NCBI GenBank assembly: GCA_032718475.1
Contig: JAUCBJ010001771.1
Location: 62,001 to 126,000 of the forward strand
DNA: 64,000 bases
Direction: 5' to 3'
Origin: Nemertoderma westbladi
Lineage: Eukaryota; Animalia; Xenacoelomorpha
The position numbers and the translations under genes were made by a program. Shown here piece by piece: positions 34,930 to 48,057 of the stretch (its first letter is position 1; every line of letters starts with the position of its first letter). The notes beneath the pieces were generated by a model, which searched no databases, had not been told where the DNA came from, and saw nothing but the letters and a program-made list of their open reading frames with translations.

Positions 34930-35711
34930 TGAGTGAGTATATAAAGTAGTATAATGTATATTATATACAGGAGTGAGTATATAAAGTAGTATAATGTATT
35001 ATATATAGGAGTGAGTATATAAAGTAGTATATAATGTATTATATATAGGAGTGAGTATATAAAGTAGTATAATGTATTGTATATAGGAGTGAGTATATAA
35101 AGTAGTATAATGTATTATATATAGGAGTGAGTATATAAAGTAGTATAATGTATTATATATAGGAGTGAGTATATAAAGTAGTATAATGTATTGTATATAG
35201 GAGTGAGTATATAAAGTAGTATAATGTATTATATATAGGAGTGAGTTTATAAAGTAGTATAATGTATTGATATATAGGAGTGAGTATATAAAGTAGTATA
35301 ATGTATATTATATACAGGAGTGAGTTTATAAAGTAGTATAATGTATTATATATAGGAGTGAGTATATAAAGTAGTATATAATGTATTATATATAGGAGTG
35401 AGTATATAAAGTAGTATAATGTATTGTATATAGGAGTGAGTATATAAAGTAGTATAATGTATTATATATAGGAGTGAGTTTATAAAGTAGTATAATGTAT
35501 TATATATAGGAGTGAGTATATAAAGTAGTATAATGTATATTATATACAGGAGTGAGTATATAAAGTAGTATAATGTATTATATATAGGAGTGAGTATATA
35601 AAGTAGTATAATGTATTGTATATAGGAGTGAGTATATAAAGTAGTATAATGTATTGTATATAGGAGTGAGTATATAAAGTAGTATAATGTATTGAATATA
35701 GGAGTGAGTAT
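34930..35711. repeat. 38-bp minisatellite, about 20 copies
   Basis: Unit GGAGTGAGTATATAAAGTAGTATAATGTATTATATATA, with 40-bp variants from an extra TA. Confidence 0.95.
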
Positions 35712-36014
35712 ACAATTAAAAGGGTTAGAATGAAATGATATAATTAACAGTAAAATATTCAAGATAAAATTCACAACCTTTTTTATTATTTTAATATTTT
35801 TTATTTATTGACTTGTTTTGATTTAGTATTTTAGTATGGTTAGATTTAGTATATATTGGACTGTAGTATATGGTATATGGTATTTGGATTTAGTATAGTT
35901 AGGTTTAGTAATAGTTAGTTGGTTATAATCTAAGAAATTTTGCGGGATTTCTGTAAAAAATTTTGAAATAGCGAAATTTAGTGGAATAAAAAATATTGCC
36001 CATAAACTCAAGTC

Positions 36015-36512
36015 ATATCACCCCCAACCCATCATATCACCCCTAACCCCTTCATATCACCCCAACCCCCTCATATCACCCCAATCCCCTCATATCACCC
36101 ACAACCCCAATCATATCACCCCTACCCTATCATATCACCCCAAACCCTCATATGAATCCTAACCCCCTCATATCACCCCCAACCCCTCCTATCACCCATA
36201 CCCATAACCCCATCATAGAACCCCTAACCCCAACATATAACCCCAACCCCATCATATCACCCCAACCCCCCTCATATCAACCCAACCCCTCATATCACCC
36301 CTAAGCCCAATCATATCCCCCCTAACCCTCTCATAACCCCCAACCCCCATCATGTCACGGGGGTCACCCCTACCCCATCGTATAACCCCTAACCCCAACA
36401 TATCACCACCAACCCCTCTCATATCACCCCTAACCCCTTCATATCACCCCAACCCCGTCATATCACCTCCCACATCCATCATACACCCTTCATATCACCC
36501 TTAACACCCTCA
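36015..36512. repeat. Degenerate ~21-bp C-rich tandem repeat containing CCCTAA
   Basis: Unit CATATCACCCC(T)AACCCC(T/A); further pieces at 34613-34638 and 41145-41190. Confidence 0.85.
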
Positions 36513-37140
36513 TATGGAACTGAAATCGAACTGAAATTGTTTTTGACAATTTTGGTGAACTGGAACTGAAACTAGAACTGAAAATTTTATTTTTAAAACT
36601 GGAATTAAATTGCCCAAGATTTAAAACTGAAAGTATAATCTATAAAAAAAAATTGGGAATAACTATACAAATGGTACAATTCGCGTTTTTAGTGTTCATA
36701 AATACTATTTAATTTCTCTAATAAATAAATGTAATTTGCTTTATTGTGTTGCAAGACCTACTATATACGAAAAGCAAAATCGCCGCAAAGCTCCTAAATT
36801 TAGTGGGCCAGTTATTTCTCTTAGATAGAATCTCTGAAACAATATGTCTAGCGCGTCGAAAGTACTTGTCCCTAACTAAAATTATGTCCTCTTTCAGATG
36901 ATGCAAATAAGCACAGCTGGCACACATTTTAGCACCTTTCAGAATAGAAAAAAAATTACTCAAATATATATTTTATTTACAAGTATATAATACCTAATTG
37001 TACTATGTACAGCTAAAAACTAAAAACAGCTTTTGCAGCTAAAAATTCCCGTTATTTTCATGAAAAATGTAATAAATGGCAGTCGGATCCATCGTTGGGT
37101 GACTACCGGTACCACACGATTGGACATACGGTAGCTTGTT

Positions 37141-40100
37141 GTGGGGCGAGCCACGAAGTTGGCGGAGCCTTAGCGAATTGACACTGTTAGGGGGTGGGTC
37201 AATTTATGCAAATAGTTGTCGTCGTCGTCGTTGTCGTCGTCGTCGTCGTCGTTACGATTTTGACATGCTAATAACTTTGTCGGATTTAAAGCTGCCAAGT
37301 TGAAAATTTGTAGGTATCAATATGAGCAAAAGTTGAGATTTTTGAGAGACTTTCAGACACCATCAGTGCAATGGTCTCCCGCTAGAGGGCCACATGTCTA
37401 AACATTAAATGCCCTCCCATTTCTTTGCTTTTAATCCGTTTAAGCTGAAACTTGGCAGATATGTATTAGACCATTAGCTGTGACTTTCAAAGGAGGCGAA
37501 TCCATCTGCAGTTCTCCAGTCTGCCGCTAGAGGGCCAAAGGTCTGAAAGTGAAATCGTTGTCGTCGTTACGATTTTGACATGCTAATAACTTTGTCGGAT
37601 TTAAAGCTGCCAAGTTGAAAATTTGTAGGTATCAATATGAGCTAAAGTTGAGATTTTTGAGAGACTTTCAGACACCATCAGTGCAATGGTCTCCCGCTAG
37701 AGGGCCACATGTCTAAACATTAAATGCCCTCCCATTTCTTTGCTTTTAATCCGTTTAAGCTGAAACTTGGCAGATATGTATTAGACCATTAGCTGTGACT
37801 TTCAAAGGAGGCGAATCCATCTGCAGTTCTCCAGTCTGCCGCTAGAGGGCCAAAGGTCTGAAAGTGAAATCGTTGTCGTCGTTACGATTTTGACATGCTA
37901 ATAACTTTGTCGGATTTAAAGCTGCCAAGTTGAAAATTTGTAGGTATCAATATGAGCTAAAGTTGAGATTTTTGAGAGACTTTCAGACACCATCAGTGCA
38001 ATGGTCTCCCGCTAGAGGGCCACATGTCTAAACATTAAATGCCCTCCCATTTCTTTGCTTTTAATCCGTTTAAGCTGAAACTTGGCAGATATGTATTAGA
38101 CCATTAGCTGTGACTTTCAAAGGAGGCGAATCCATCTGCAGTTCTCCAGTCTGCCGCTAGAGGGCCAAAGGTCTGAAAGTGAAATCGTTGTCGTCGTTAC
38201 GATTTTGACATGCTAATAACTTTGTCGGATTTAAAGCTGCCAAGTTGAAAATTTGTAGGTATCAATATGAGCTAAAGTTGAGATTTTTGAGAGACTTTCA
38301 GACACCATCAGTGCAATGGTCTCCCGCTAGAGGGCCACATGTCTAAACATTAAATGCCCTCCCATTTCTTTGCTTTTAATCCGTTTAAGCTGAAACTTGG
38401 CAGATATGTATTAGACCATTAGCTGTGACTTTCAAAGGAGGCGAATCCATCTGCAGTTCTCCAGTCTGCCGCTAGAGGGCCAAAGGTCTGAAAGTGAAAT
38501 CGTTGTCGTCGTTACGATTTTGACATGCTAATAACTTTGTCGGATTTAAAGCTGCCAAGTTGAAAATTTGTAGGTATCAATATGAGCTAAAGTTGAGATT
38601 TTTGAGAGACTTTCAGACACCATCAGTGCAATGGTCTCCCGCTAGAGGGCCACATGTCTAAACATTAAATGCCCTCCCATTTCTTTGCTTTTAATCCGTT
38701 TAAGCTGAAACTTGGCAGATATGTATTAGACCATTAGCTGTGACTTTCAAAGGAGGCGAATCCATCTGCAGTTCTCCAGTCTGCCGCTAGAGGGCCAAAG
38801 GTCTGAAAGTGAAATCGTTGTCGTCGTTACGATTTTGACATGCTAATAACTTTGTCGGATTTAAAGCTGCCAAGTTGAAAATTTGTAGGTATCAATATGA
38901 GCTAAAGTTGAGATTTTTGAGAGACTTTCAGACACCATCAGTGCAATGGTCTCCCGCTAGAGGGCCACATGTCTAAACATTAAATGCCCTCCCATTTCTT
39001 TGCTTTTAATCCGTTTAAGCTGAAACTTGGCAGATATGTATTAGACCATTAGCTGTGACTTTCAAAGGAGGCGAATCCATCTGCAGTTCTCCAGTCTGCC
39101 GCTAGAGGGCCAAAGGTCTGAAAGTGAAATCGTTGTCGTCGTTACGATTTTGACATGCTAATAACTTTGTCGGATTTAAAGCTGCCAAGTTGAAAATTTG
39201 TAGGTATCAATATGAGCTAAAGTTGAGATTTTTGAGAGACTTTCAGACACCATCAGTGCAATGGTCTCCCGCTAGAGGGCCACATGTCTAAACATTAAAT
39301 GCCCTCCCATTTCTTTGCTTTTAATCCGTTTAAGCTGAAACTTGGCAGATATGTATTAGACCATTAGCTGTGACTTTCAAAGGAGGCGAATCCATCTGCA
39401 GTTCTCCAGTCTGCCGCTAGAGGGCCAAAGGTCTGAAAGTGAAATCGTTGTCGTCGTTACGATTTTGACATGCTAATAACTTTGTCGGATTTAAAGCTGC
39501 CAAGTTGAAAATTTGTAGGTATCAATATGAGCTAAAGTTGAGATTTTTGAGAGACTTTCAGACACCATCAGTGCAATGGTCTCCCGCTAGAGGGCCACAT
39601 GTCTAAACATTAAATGCCCTCCCATTTCTTTGCTTTTAATCCGTTTAAGCTGAAACTTGGCAGATATGTATTAGACCATTAGCTGTGACTTTCAAAGGAG
39701 GCGAATCCATCTGCAGTTCTCCAGTCTGCCGCTAGAGGGCCAAAGGTCTGAAAGTGAAATCGTTGTCGTCGTTACGATTTTGACATGCTAATAACTTTGT
39801 CGGATTTAAAGCTGCCAAGTTGAAAATTTGTAGGTATCAATATGAGCTAAAGTTGAGATTTTTGAGAGACTTTCAGACACCATCAGTGCAATGGTCTCCC
39901 GCTAGAGGGCCACATGTCTAAACATTAAATGCCCTCCCATTTCTTTGCTTTTAATCCGTTTAAGCTGAAACTTGGCAGATATGTATTAGACCATTAGCTG
40001 TGACTTTCAAAGGAGGCGAATCCATCTGCAGTTCTCCAGTCTGCCGCTAGAGGGCCAAAGGTCTGAAAGTGAAATCGTTGTCGTCGTTACGATTTTGACA

Positions 40101-40945
40101 TGCTAATAACTTTGTCGGATTTAAAGCTGCCAAGTTGAAAATTTGTAGGTATCAATATGAGCTAAAGTTGAGATTTTTGAGAGACTTTCAGACACCATCA
40201 GTGCAATGGTCTCCCGCTAGAGGGCCACATGTCTAAACATTAAATGCCCTCCCATTTCTTTGCTTTTAATCCGTTTAAGCTGAAACTTGGCAGATATGTA
40301 TTAGACCATTAGCTGTGACTTTCAAAGGAGGCGAATCCATCTGCAGTTCTCCAGTCTGCCGCTAGAGGGCCAAATGTCTGAAAGTGAAATCGTTGTCGTC
40401 GTTATGATATTGACATGCTTATAACTTTGTCGAATTTAAAGCTGCCAAGTTGAAAATTTGTTTTGTTGAAAATCAGTTCAACAGTCACCCGCTATAGGAC
40501 TACTTTATGCCTGAAAGTGAATAGATTCTCCCGTCTCATTGATTTTAATCAGTTTAAGCTGAATCTTGCCATATATTCTGGACCACATGCTGCGTCTTTG
40601 TGGGGGGGGGGGGGGGGGAGATTTAATCGGTCTGCCGCTATACGACGAAATTTCTGAAAGTGAGATCCGTCTCTCATTTCGTTATCCGTTATTCAAGATG
40701 AAACTTGGCCGATGTACGTATGTACTATTCATCCATAGGCTGTGTCTTTGTGGGGCTGGAGACCCTAATCCATCTTCAGTTCTCACTATACCGCTAGAGT
40801 CAGAAATGTCTGAATAGAAATGAAAGAGGTAAAAAGTGATTAGGCGAAATCTGCTTAAAATTTGCTAATACAGTAATACTTTCGAATTAGTACTTAAATT
40901 AAATTTAAGTCACGTGCTGCGCGAAGGCCCCACTTCGTGTCTAAT
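37141..40945 (+). mobile_element. Non-autonomous Helentron-like (HINE/DINE-type) element with central tandem repeats
   Basis: Preceded by TT; 5' GTGGGGC and CACGAAGT are inverted at the 3' end as GCCCCAC/ACTTCGTG (40927-40939); (GTC)n microsatellite at 37218-37250; central tandem array. This architecture matches DINE-1/HINE elements. Confidence 0.65.
37251..40460. repeat. 315-bp tandem repeat, 10 near-identical copies plus a partial 11th
   Basis: GTTACGATTTTGACATGC at 37251, 37566, 37881 ... 40086, degenerate at 40401; each unit has two related subunits, each containing CCGCTAGAGGGCCA. Confidence 0.97.
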
Positions 40946-42919
40946 ATGTATGTTAACAAGACACTTGCAAAAATTTCTGAAACTAGAACTGAAATTATTT
41001 CTTTTTGGGAACTGGAACTGAAATAAATAGGTATATTAATACTGAAACCTAAATTATTATTTTTTGGAAACTGAAACTTGAACTGAAATTAACATGCTTA
41101 TTAGAACCGAAACAAGTTAAATTTCCTTTCAGTTCGCAGTACTAACCCCAACCCACCATATCACCCCCAACGCCCTCATATCACCCCAACTTGGCTTAGA
41201 TGGGATTTACGTCAAGTTCCCCCCCCCCCCCCCCCCCCCCCCCCCCGTGGAATTATTTGGCAGGATAGCTATGATTTTGTGTCGGCTTAGTGTATGCAGA
41301 TGTGGCGCACATGACCGCAATTGAAAGAAGTGATTCCAGCGTAAATTGGTCCCATATTAAATATTGTTTTGTTTATTCTTTTGGTTAGAAAGCACTGACA
41401 CTGTAACTGCTCTTTTCCCTTCATATTTTAAAGTAAATTTTAAACACACTGAACACAGTTGGTGTTTGGGGTCATTTGGCGCCATTAACATAAGAAATTG
41501 GGGGTTGTTTTGAATTAATATAAAAAAGGACAAAATACATAAGTTTTCACTAATCAAAAACAATATGTGGGCCCTACCCACTGTATTTAATTAATGCTTA
41601 ATTTCCAAGACACACATTACTACACTATCGTCATAGACTACTAGAGTCACTAGCTTCTACTTGTATGAATTAATAAATGGACCTCTGTTCTTTAATCGCG
41701 GTGCGTTGTGCTACACTTTAGAGCTCAAATAATATGTTAACTTTATTTTGGCGTCGCATTTAGAATTAACAGAGCTGTCTGTCACTCGAGTGTATCTCTG
41801 AACAACCGGGCTGTACGGTGTCTGTCCATAGTAAGATAGCTTAACCGGTAATAATTAATTCGTGAACAAACATTATTTACTAAGATACTGTATTATTTTA
41901 CTTTGAGAAAGTATTCAATTATTTATAAATTTTTCATGTCTATCTTTTTTTATCTATATACAGTAAGTGACGTCTTGGCAGTAGGCTTCGCCTACATTTT
42001 AAGGAGCGGGTGGGTGGTAACCCCCCTGTGTTTTTTTTAATTTGTACGTATCTCCAATGTGGATGAAAAATGCATAGAAGTCGATATAGGCCTACCATCG
42101 AAAATAGTAAATAAAAATTGGAAAACAAATTTGACGCCCCCTAGCGGCCGTCGTGAAATTTAAAAACTTTCGCTAAAAATACTAGGCCTACTCCTCCATT
42201 ATTTTCCATTTTTATTTCTCGATACCACATTTTGGGGAACCAGCATGTTAATTTTTATCAAATTTCCTGTATAATTGCAATTTTGTAAAAAAAAAAATGA
42301 AAAGAAAATGTAAAACCCACGTTTTTTGTAATTTTTCATTTAAAAAAATGGGAAATATTATGAAAACACGAAAACTATCCGAAATTTATTGAAGCTTATG
42401 AAATTACGTTTCATATAAATCAAAAATTGCAAAAATCAGTTAAGAAATGGCGGAGGTGTAGTATTTTTCGTGTGAAAAAATGTCATTCAGAGAAAAAGTA
42501 GGCCTAATTAATTACCTTCAAAGTTCAAATCTTCCCGCGCAAAATTGCCTGTATGTACAGTATGAGGTCTGGTTGGTTAATAGTGTCTGACAGGAAGGTA
42601 GCACACTACCGAGCTAAAATAATATTTACAGGGGCTTCTGATTTTATTTCCAATGTCAGTTTTAATATTTAGTGGAATGTAGTCTGTCTGTCGGTCGGTT
42701 GTCTGTCTGTCTGTCTGTCTTCATTTTGACAGACTGATTGCCAGACAGATATCCACGATGACTCAAGAACTCTCTTCAGATTTCTAGATTTTTACTTTAC
42801 GTATTGTTGTTTACTTACGATTGTTACTGTACGTAACAATGTCTGAATTTCGTTTTGAGAAACATTTGAGATGGGCGTTCGAAGAAAACAAGCATTCTCG
42901 TTTAGTATTACCTATAAGA

Positions 42920-43130
42920 CAAGTGGGCTGCCAGAGAAGCCGTCACTCTAACTCCCAAGGGATGGGCACTAACTAATAGACCATATATTCAGTCACACGC
43001 AGCGCAAGCCAAGGTTCCCCTTGTACAGCTTGGTTTGTATAAAGATGTAAAATTGTACAAAATGCATACAGTCTTTACTCGGATTTGAACCCTCGCCCTC
43101 CGACACTATCGCGAAAGCAGTTCAGGTGTT
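42920..43130 (-). mobile_element. Possible tRNA-derived SINE remnant
   Basis: B-box-like GGTTCAAATCC on the minus strand (43081-43091); no clear A box or cloverleaf. Confidence 0.3.
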
Positions 43131-43284
43131 GTATTAACTGAGGTTTAATGGAATTACTAGTGTTTATCTCATTTATGAATATTTTTATTGACAACAGATC
43201 GGATGATGGAAAAGTAAAGAGTGTTTGGTCGATATTTGGTTTAATTTAGGATTATAATTTTTATAATTATTATTATGTGTGTGT

Positions 43285-43385
43285 CTCGTTAGCTGGAGAC
43301 CAATATTCTCGTTCGCTTGAGGCCAGGATTCTCGTTTGCTTGAGGCCAGTAATCTCGTTCGCTTGGGACCAGTATTCTCGTTCGT
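43285..43385. repeat. About 23-bp tandem repeat, 4 copies
   Basis: ATTCTCGTTCGCTTGAGGCCAG and variants. Confidence 0.75.
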
Positions 43386-43569
43386 AACAGTCAGTCTTTA
43401 TTGCTGCAAAATACCATCAGCGTGATGCTTAGAGCTTTATTTAAGTTCTTCGTTTAAAGCTGTTATAAATTTTTTTTTAATTTATATTTTTCAATTATTT
43501 TATAAGCATAGGTAGGCCTACAGTGCTACTGTAATTGTGTGTTTCCAAATGTCATAAAAGAGCATAAAG

Positions 43570-45284
43570 CCAAGCTATATCTCTACTTCTTCAAAACCTC
43601 ACGGAAAACACTGAAGCGAAAGAATCGACTCTGGGAATATTCGTAGACCTATCGAAAGCGTTCGATACGGTTGATCACAATGTATTATTTAAAAAACTCG
43701 AACACTATGGAATAAGGGGATTAGCCTTGCAATGGTTTAAAAGCTACCTGGAAGAGAGATATCAGTCAGTTCAATACAAATCAACCTTATCAAACCAACA
43801 ATTAATCAAATGCGGTGTACCCCAAGGATCAATACTAGCTCCTTTATTATTTTTAATATACATGAACGACATAATTTCTTCATCAAAAACGTTAAATTTT
43901 ATCCTCTTTGCTGACGATTGTAATATATTTCTAACCGGTAAAAACATTTCTGAAATTTTACGGGAAGCAAATCTCGAACTAGAGAAAGTTATGATTTGGT
44001 TAAATACAAATAAATTATCCTTAAATATCACAAAAACAAAGTACATCATATTTAAAAATAATTCTAATCACCAATCATCACTAGGAAAATATTTAAAAAT
44101 CGGAGGTTGCAAAATTGAACAAGTAAATCATATAAAATTCCTGGGTATTTACATTAGTGAAAATTTAAAGTGGAATAGGCACGTCGATCACATCAGAGTT
44201 AAAATATCAAAAAATATTGGGGTAATAAATAAAATCAAACACTTCATACCATTTAAAATCAGATTAAGTCTTTATCACACATTGATCGAGTCCCATATTT
44301 CCTTTGCCCTTAACAGCCTGGGGTAATTGTCATGAGGTTCAACACGATACAGTTCTAAACCAGTTAATTAAACTACAAAAGAGATACATCCGAATTATCT
44401 TTTTAAAACCATATAACTTTCCTACCCATGAGTTGTTTAAAAATGTAAACATACTAAAACTTAAATCACTCTATAAGTATCGTTGTTTACTGTACATTTT
44501 CCGTCACCGATTAGGACTCCAACATCTTCCAGAAGGACTTAAATCAACCTTAGTTCCAATAAGTACTGTACATAAGTATCCAACTCGCGCGGCACAAAAC
44601 CACCACTATCGGCTCCCACTTTATCAAACGAACTACGGAAAATCCACAATATCATATCAGGCAGTCAAACTATGGAACATCATACCGGCCGAAATTCAAA
44701 CCTCAAAATCGTTATGCAAAGTAAAAAAACTTCTAAAGACATACCTTATCAATCTCCAATAACTCTGTACCGTACTGTATATTCCATGAAATACACATTC
44801 TATAAACATACAATAAAAATATTACATCTATCCTATTCCTATTATGTATACGGCAACCATTACAGCAAAAATAAAGTAAGATGGTGATCAGCCGTCAATG
44901 AATACTCAACCAAAACTGGCAAATCTAGACAAATAAATTGTGTAGTATTATACCATACTACTGCAAAAAAATGTTTGTAGCATTAATAAGCATAATTAAA
45001 AAAAAAAAAAAATATGACATTAAAATAAAAAATTAAGTATTAAAAATAATATATTTTCTAGCACAAAATAAGCCATGCTTCTGTGTTCGGAAATGTTGGC
45101 GCTTAGGAAGTGGCTATAGTATTTAGTAGTGGGGTCTGTGGCTGGGGGGGGGGGGGGGGGTATCAAGTAATCTAAGTATACTAGTAGTATGCAGTTTTTA
45201 ATGTTGTTGTTTAATTGTAATTGTTGAATTGTTTGTTTTAATAATAATAATAATTATTATAGTGAAAAAAAAAAAAAAAAAAAA
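43570..45284 (+). mobile_element. 5'-truncated L2/CR1-group LINE (RT C-terminal half, one frameshift) with A tails
   Basis: LGIFVDLSKAFDTVDH, GVPQGSIL, LFADD and KFLGI in frames 43727-44326 and 44304-44762; A tracts at ~44998-45012 and 45265-45284; flanked by a 96-bp direct repeat. Confidence 0.88.
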
Positions 45285-45735
45285 TTTTTAATTTATATTT
45301 TTCAATTATTTTATAAGCATAGGTAGGCCTACAGTACTACTGTAATTGTGTGTTTCCAAATGTCATAAAAGAGCATAAAGTGTCGGCCTAATGATGACGG
45401 AATATTGTATATGTAAAACCAAATCCACATCCCACCCCTTTGATAAAATAAGTTGGGCTCCAGGTGAAAGAATGGAATTTTTAATAAAAGTGACGGATTT
45501 TTAATATTTTTGAAAGTAAATTGTCGGAATAAGACAGGTAGGCCTAGACCCTAATTACACCAACCGGAAATTCTACATTTATTATAAGCTACTGTATTGA
45601 TGATAAAAATTTGAATATTGACAGCGCAGCATTGTGTATTCAAAATTTCAAAAATTTTGGATTCGGCCAACAGAATTATGGGAATCCGTAACGAAAAGAT
45701 ATTTAAGCTAATAACGCTGAAATCCCGTTCGCGCA

Positions 45736-46059
45736 GTGAAACTTCCTCCTGTCGGTGCCAGACGAGATCAGTGGATAGCCGCGCTACCACGTCGCAGTGC
45801 AGGCAGACTGGCAGATGACGGCTCTCCGTTTAAGTACGGAAGCATTGCCGTCATTTGTATTCAACATTGGCCAGAGTTTCCCGCGGGAATTCCGTACAAG
45901 AAAGTCCCCGGCGGTTCCTTGCGACCAACAATACATCCATTCTACTTCCCTGGAGTTCCCTTATCGTGTGTTCCACCGCGACCCCCCACTCCACTTAAAC
46001 TCCCTCCCATTGAGGAACGCCAACTTCAGTTGCTCAACTGCTCAATGAGCGAGATTTAA
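45736..46059 (+). pseudogene. Second THAP-domain remnant (P-like transposase relic)
   Basis: LP...W.AALP...VICIQHWP...RPTIHPFYFPGVPLSCVP parallels VCRKHWP...PPSVFPNVPLLSIP of the element at 24.7 kb; the N-terminal Cys pair is not in frame. Confidence 0.6.
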
Positions 46060-48057
46060 TTGGGGGCTTTTTGCAGCTGATTGAACCCGTTGTTTCTACG
46101 TGGCTAAAGGGAATCGCAGGATACGGTCGCGATACTAACATTTTTGTGAAGCGATCGAAGTTCCAAGTGCTTATTCCATAACGACGAATATATTAGACAG
46201 GTTACACTTTCCCGAGGATTCCAGCCCTAGTAAAGGGCCCAGAGTTACACATCACAGGTGATATTTTAGATGAGGATAATATATTTACCCAAGCCCTCAC
46301 TCGTGGTGGATTACAGGAATACAACTTGCTCCTCATGCCTCATCAACTGTTATGGTGCACTATGGCGTCTGCTGCGTGGGTGGATGCTGTACCGATGGAA
46401 CTATACGGTGCTACAAACAACTAACTCAAGTAGTGCACATGATTGCGGTCTATTACGGTATCTCCCCACTACTGCCACCAATCTGCCAATACCTGCTTGC
46501 CGTACCCTAGCAAACACCCTTCTTAATGGAGTACAAAAGCGATCTATGGAAAGGCAGAACCCTATCCATCTATGGAAGGAGGAACCTGGCGTGAGAACTG
46601 TTAGGATAGTAAATGACCAGAGATAAAGAATATAGAGAGAGGTCAATGTATATTGTGGGGTGAGACAATATACCGCTAGTTGAATCCGCTATCATCTGTG
46701 TCAACATTCCCCTACCAATAGGGATACTGTTCACATCGTTTTTATGTCGCACAATGTACAGTACTAAACACGGTCGTTCTAGACTATATTGAATAGTTAG
46801 TACACAACACTCGTCCCCTTTGTTACAAGCCTCGCTGCGCTCGTCATTTATTTCTTGACACCAAAATATATTATGTTATTAATAATTACGATTGTGTACT
46901 AAATTTCATAAAAACCCTTTGATAACAATGTCTATAACAGTATAAAGCAATACCAAACCAATGGACTTCGCTAGCGAAGTCGGATGAAGGGGTGTGCCAG
47001 TCCTGTAGTATAGTAGTCCTTGGTGTGGACCCAATACAGTAATACTGTAGGAGTGGCGTGTTCTAGTATAGGCCTAATATAATACAATACAACACAATAT
47101 ACTGTAATAGTAATAAGCATAACACAATATCTACACTGTCCTCGAGATGGCGTACAATAGTACTATACCGGTACCGGTAACAATATTTATCAGTTTCTAT
47201 CTGATTTCAGGCTTGTTCGGACAGTGTCGTTCAAACGTACTACTGTAATACCGTAAACTGCACTCTGTTGTAGTTCTCGCAGAATTTAGATACCGGTGTA
47301 TTTAAACAGTATCATAAATACTGTAATAAGTAAAGCATATTACGGGTACAGTATTACAATATGTATGCGTACGATGGATGGGGGTGAGTGGTGGGCAATA
47401 TCAACCTCACCCACCACCCCCAGGAAAATGCGTCGCTGGGGTCTCTAAGTGCATCTGTTCTTAGAGATTTTCTCAAAGTGGTCTAAAATCTACAATAGAA
47501 ATTCTATACCAATAGGCCTAGGTATTACTGTATTAGCGTACTGGCATTTTTTAGGATTCATATAGTGGATTATAAGAAATGATTTATATTGAATGATGTT
47601 AAGATACTGTTGACTGTATTGGCCTATATTGTACTGTAAACCTATATAGATAAGTACTATTTATCAGTCTAAATGCCGCATGCGTAAATATACAGTATTA
47701 CCCACATTCCCAAAGTGATACCGATGGTTGTTGAAAATAATGACGGACTCTTGGGCTTGGCTAAATTCGTTAGCAAAACTAATAATTTCATTAAAGCAGT
47801 TAAAGTACTGTATTTTCATTTGTGTAGGCCCTTTACTGCTATACAGCTAGCCTACTGTATATACAGTAAGTGTATTGATTTTAAATGCAGTTTTAGTTTG
47901 AGATTATGAGATGCCAGGTTTCAACTTTCAAGTAAGATGGAACATACTGTACAGCTGTAGAACTAGTGCAATTTGAAACCTGAAATTAGAAAGATTTTAT
48001 TTATGATATCTTCATAGGCTACAATGTGTTCTATCTTCTAATTGAACGGTTGATTAA

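Larger units (their letters stand above)
36515..41144. mobile_element. hAT-like MITE remnant hosting the Helentron-like insertion
   Basis: AACTGAAACTAGAACTGAAA repeats at 36518-36600 and 40980-41090; right terminus TTCAGTTCGCAGTACTA; the C-rich repeat resumes right after it. Left TIR not evident. Confidence 0.45.

Noticed and set aside
35346-35774. 142-aa hydrophobic ORF
   Set aside because: It is the translation of the 38-bp minisatellite.
36015-36512. Telomere or interstitial telomeric array
   Set aside because: CCCTAA occurs only as part of a ~21-bp unit, not as tandem hexamers.
43060-43130. tRNA gene
   Set aside because: Only a B-box-like motif is present, with no cloverleaf; at most a SINE relic.
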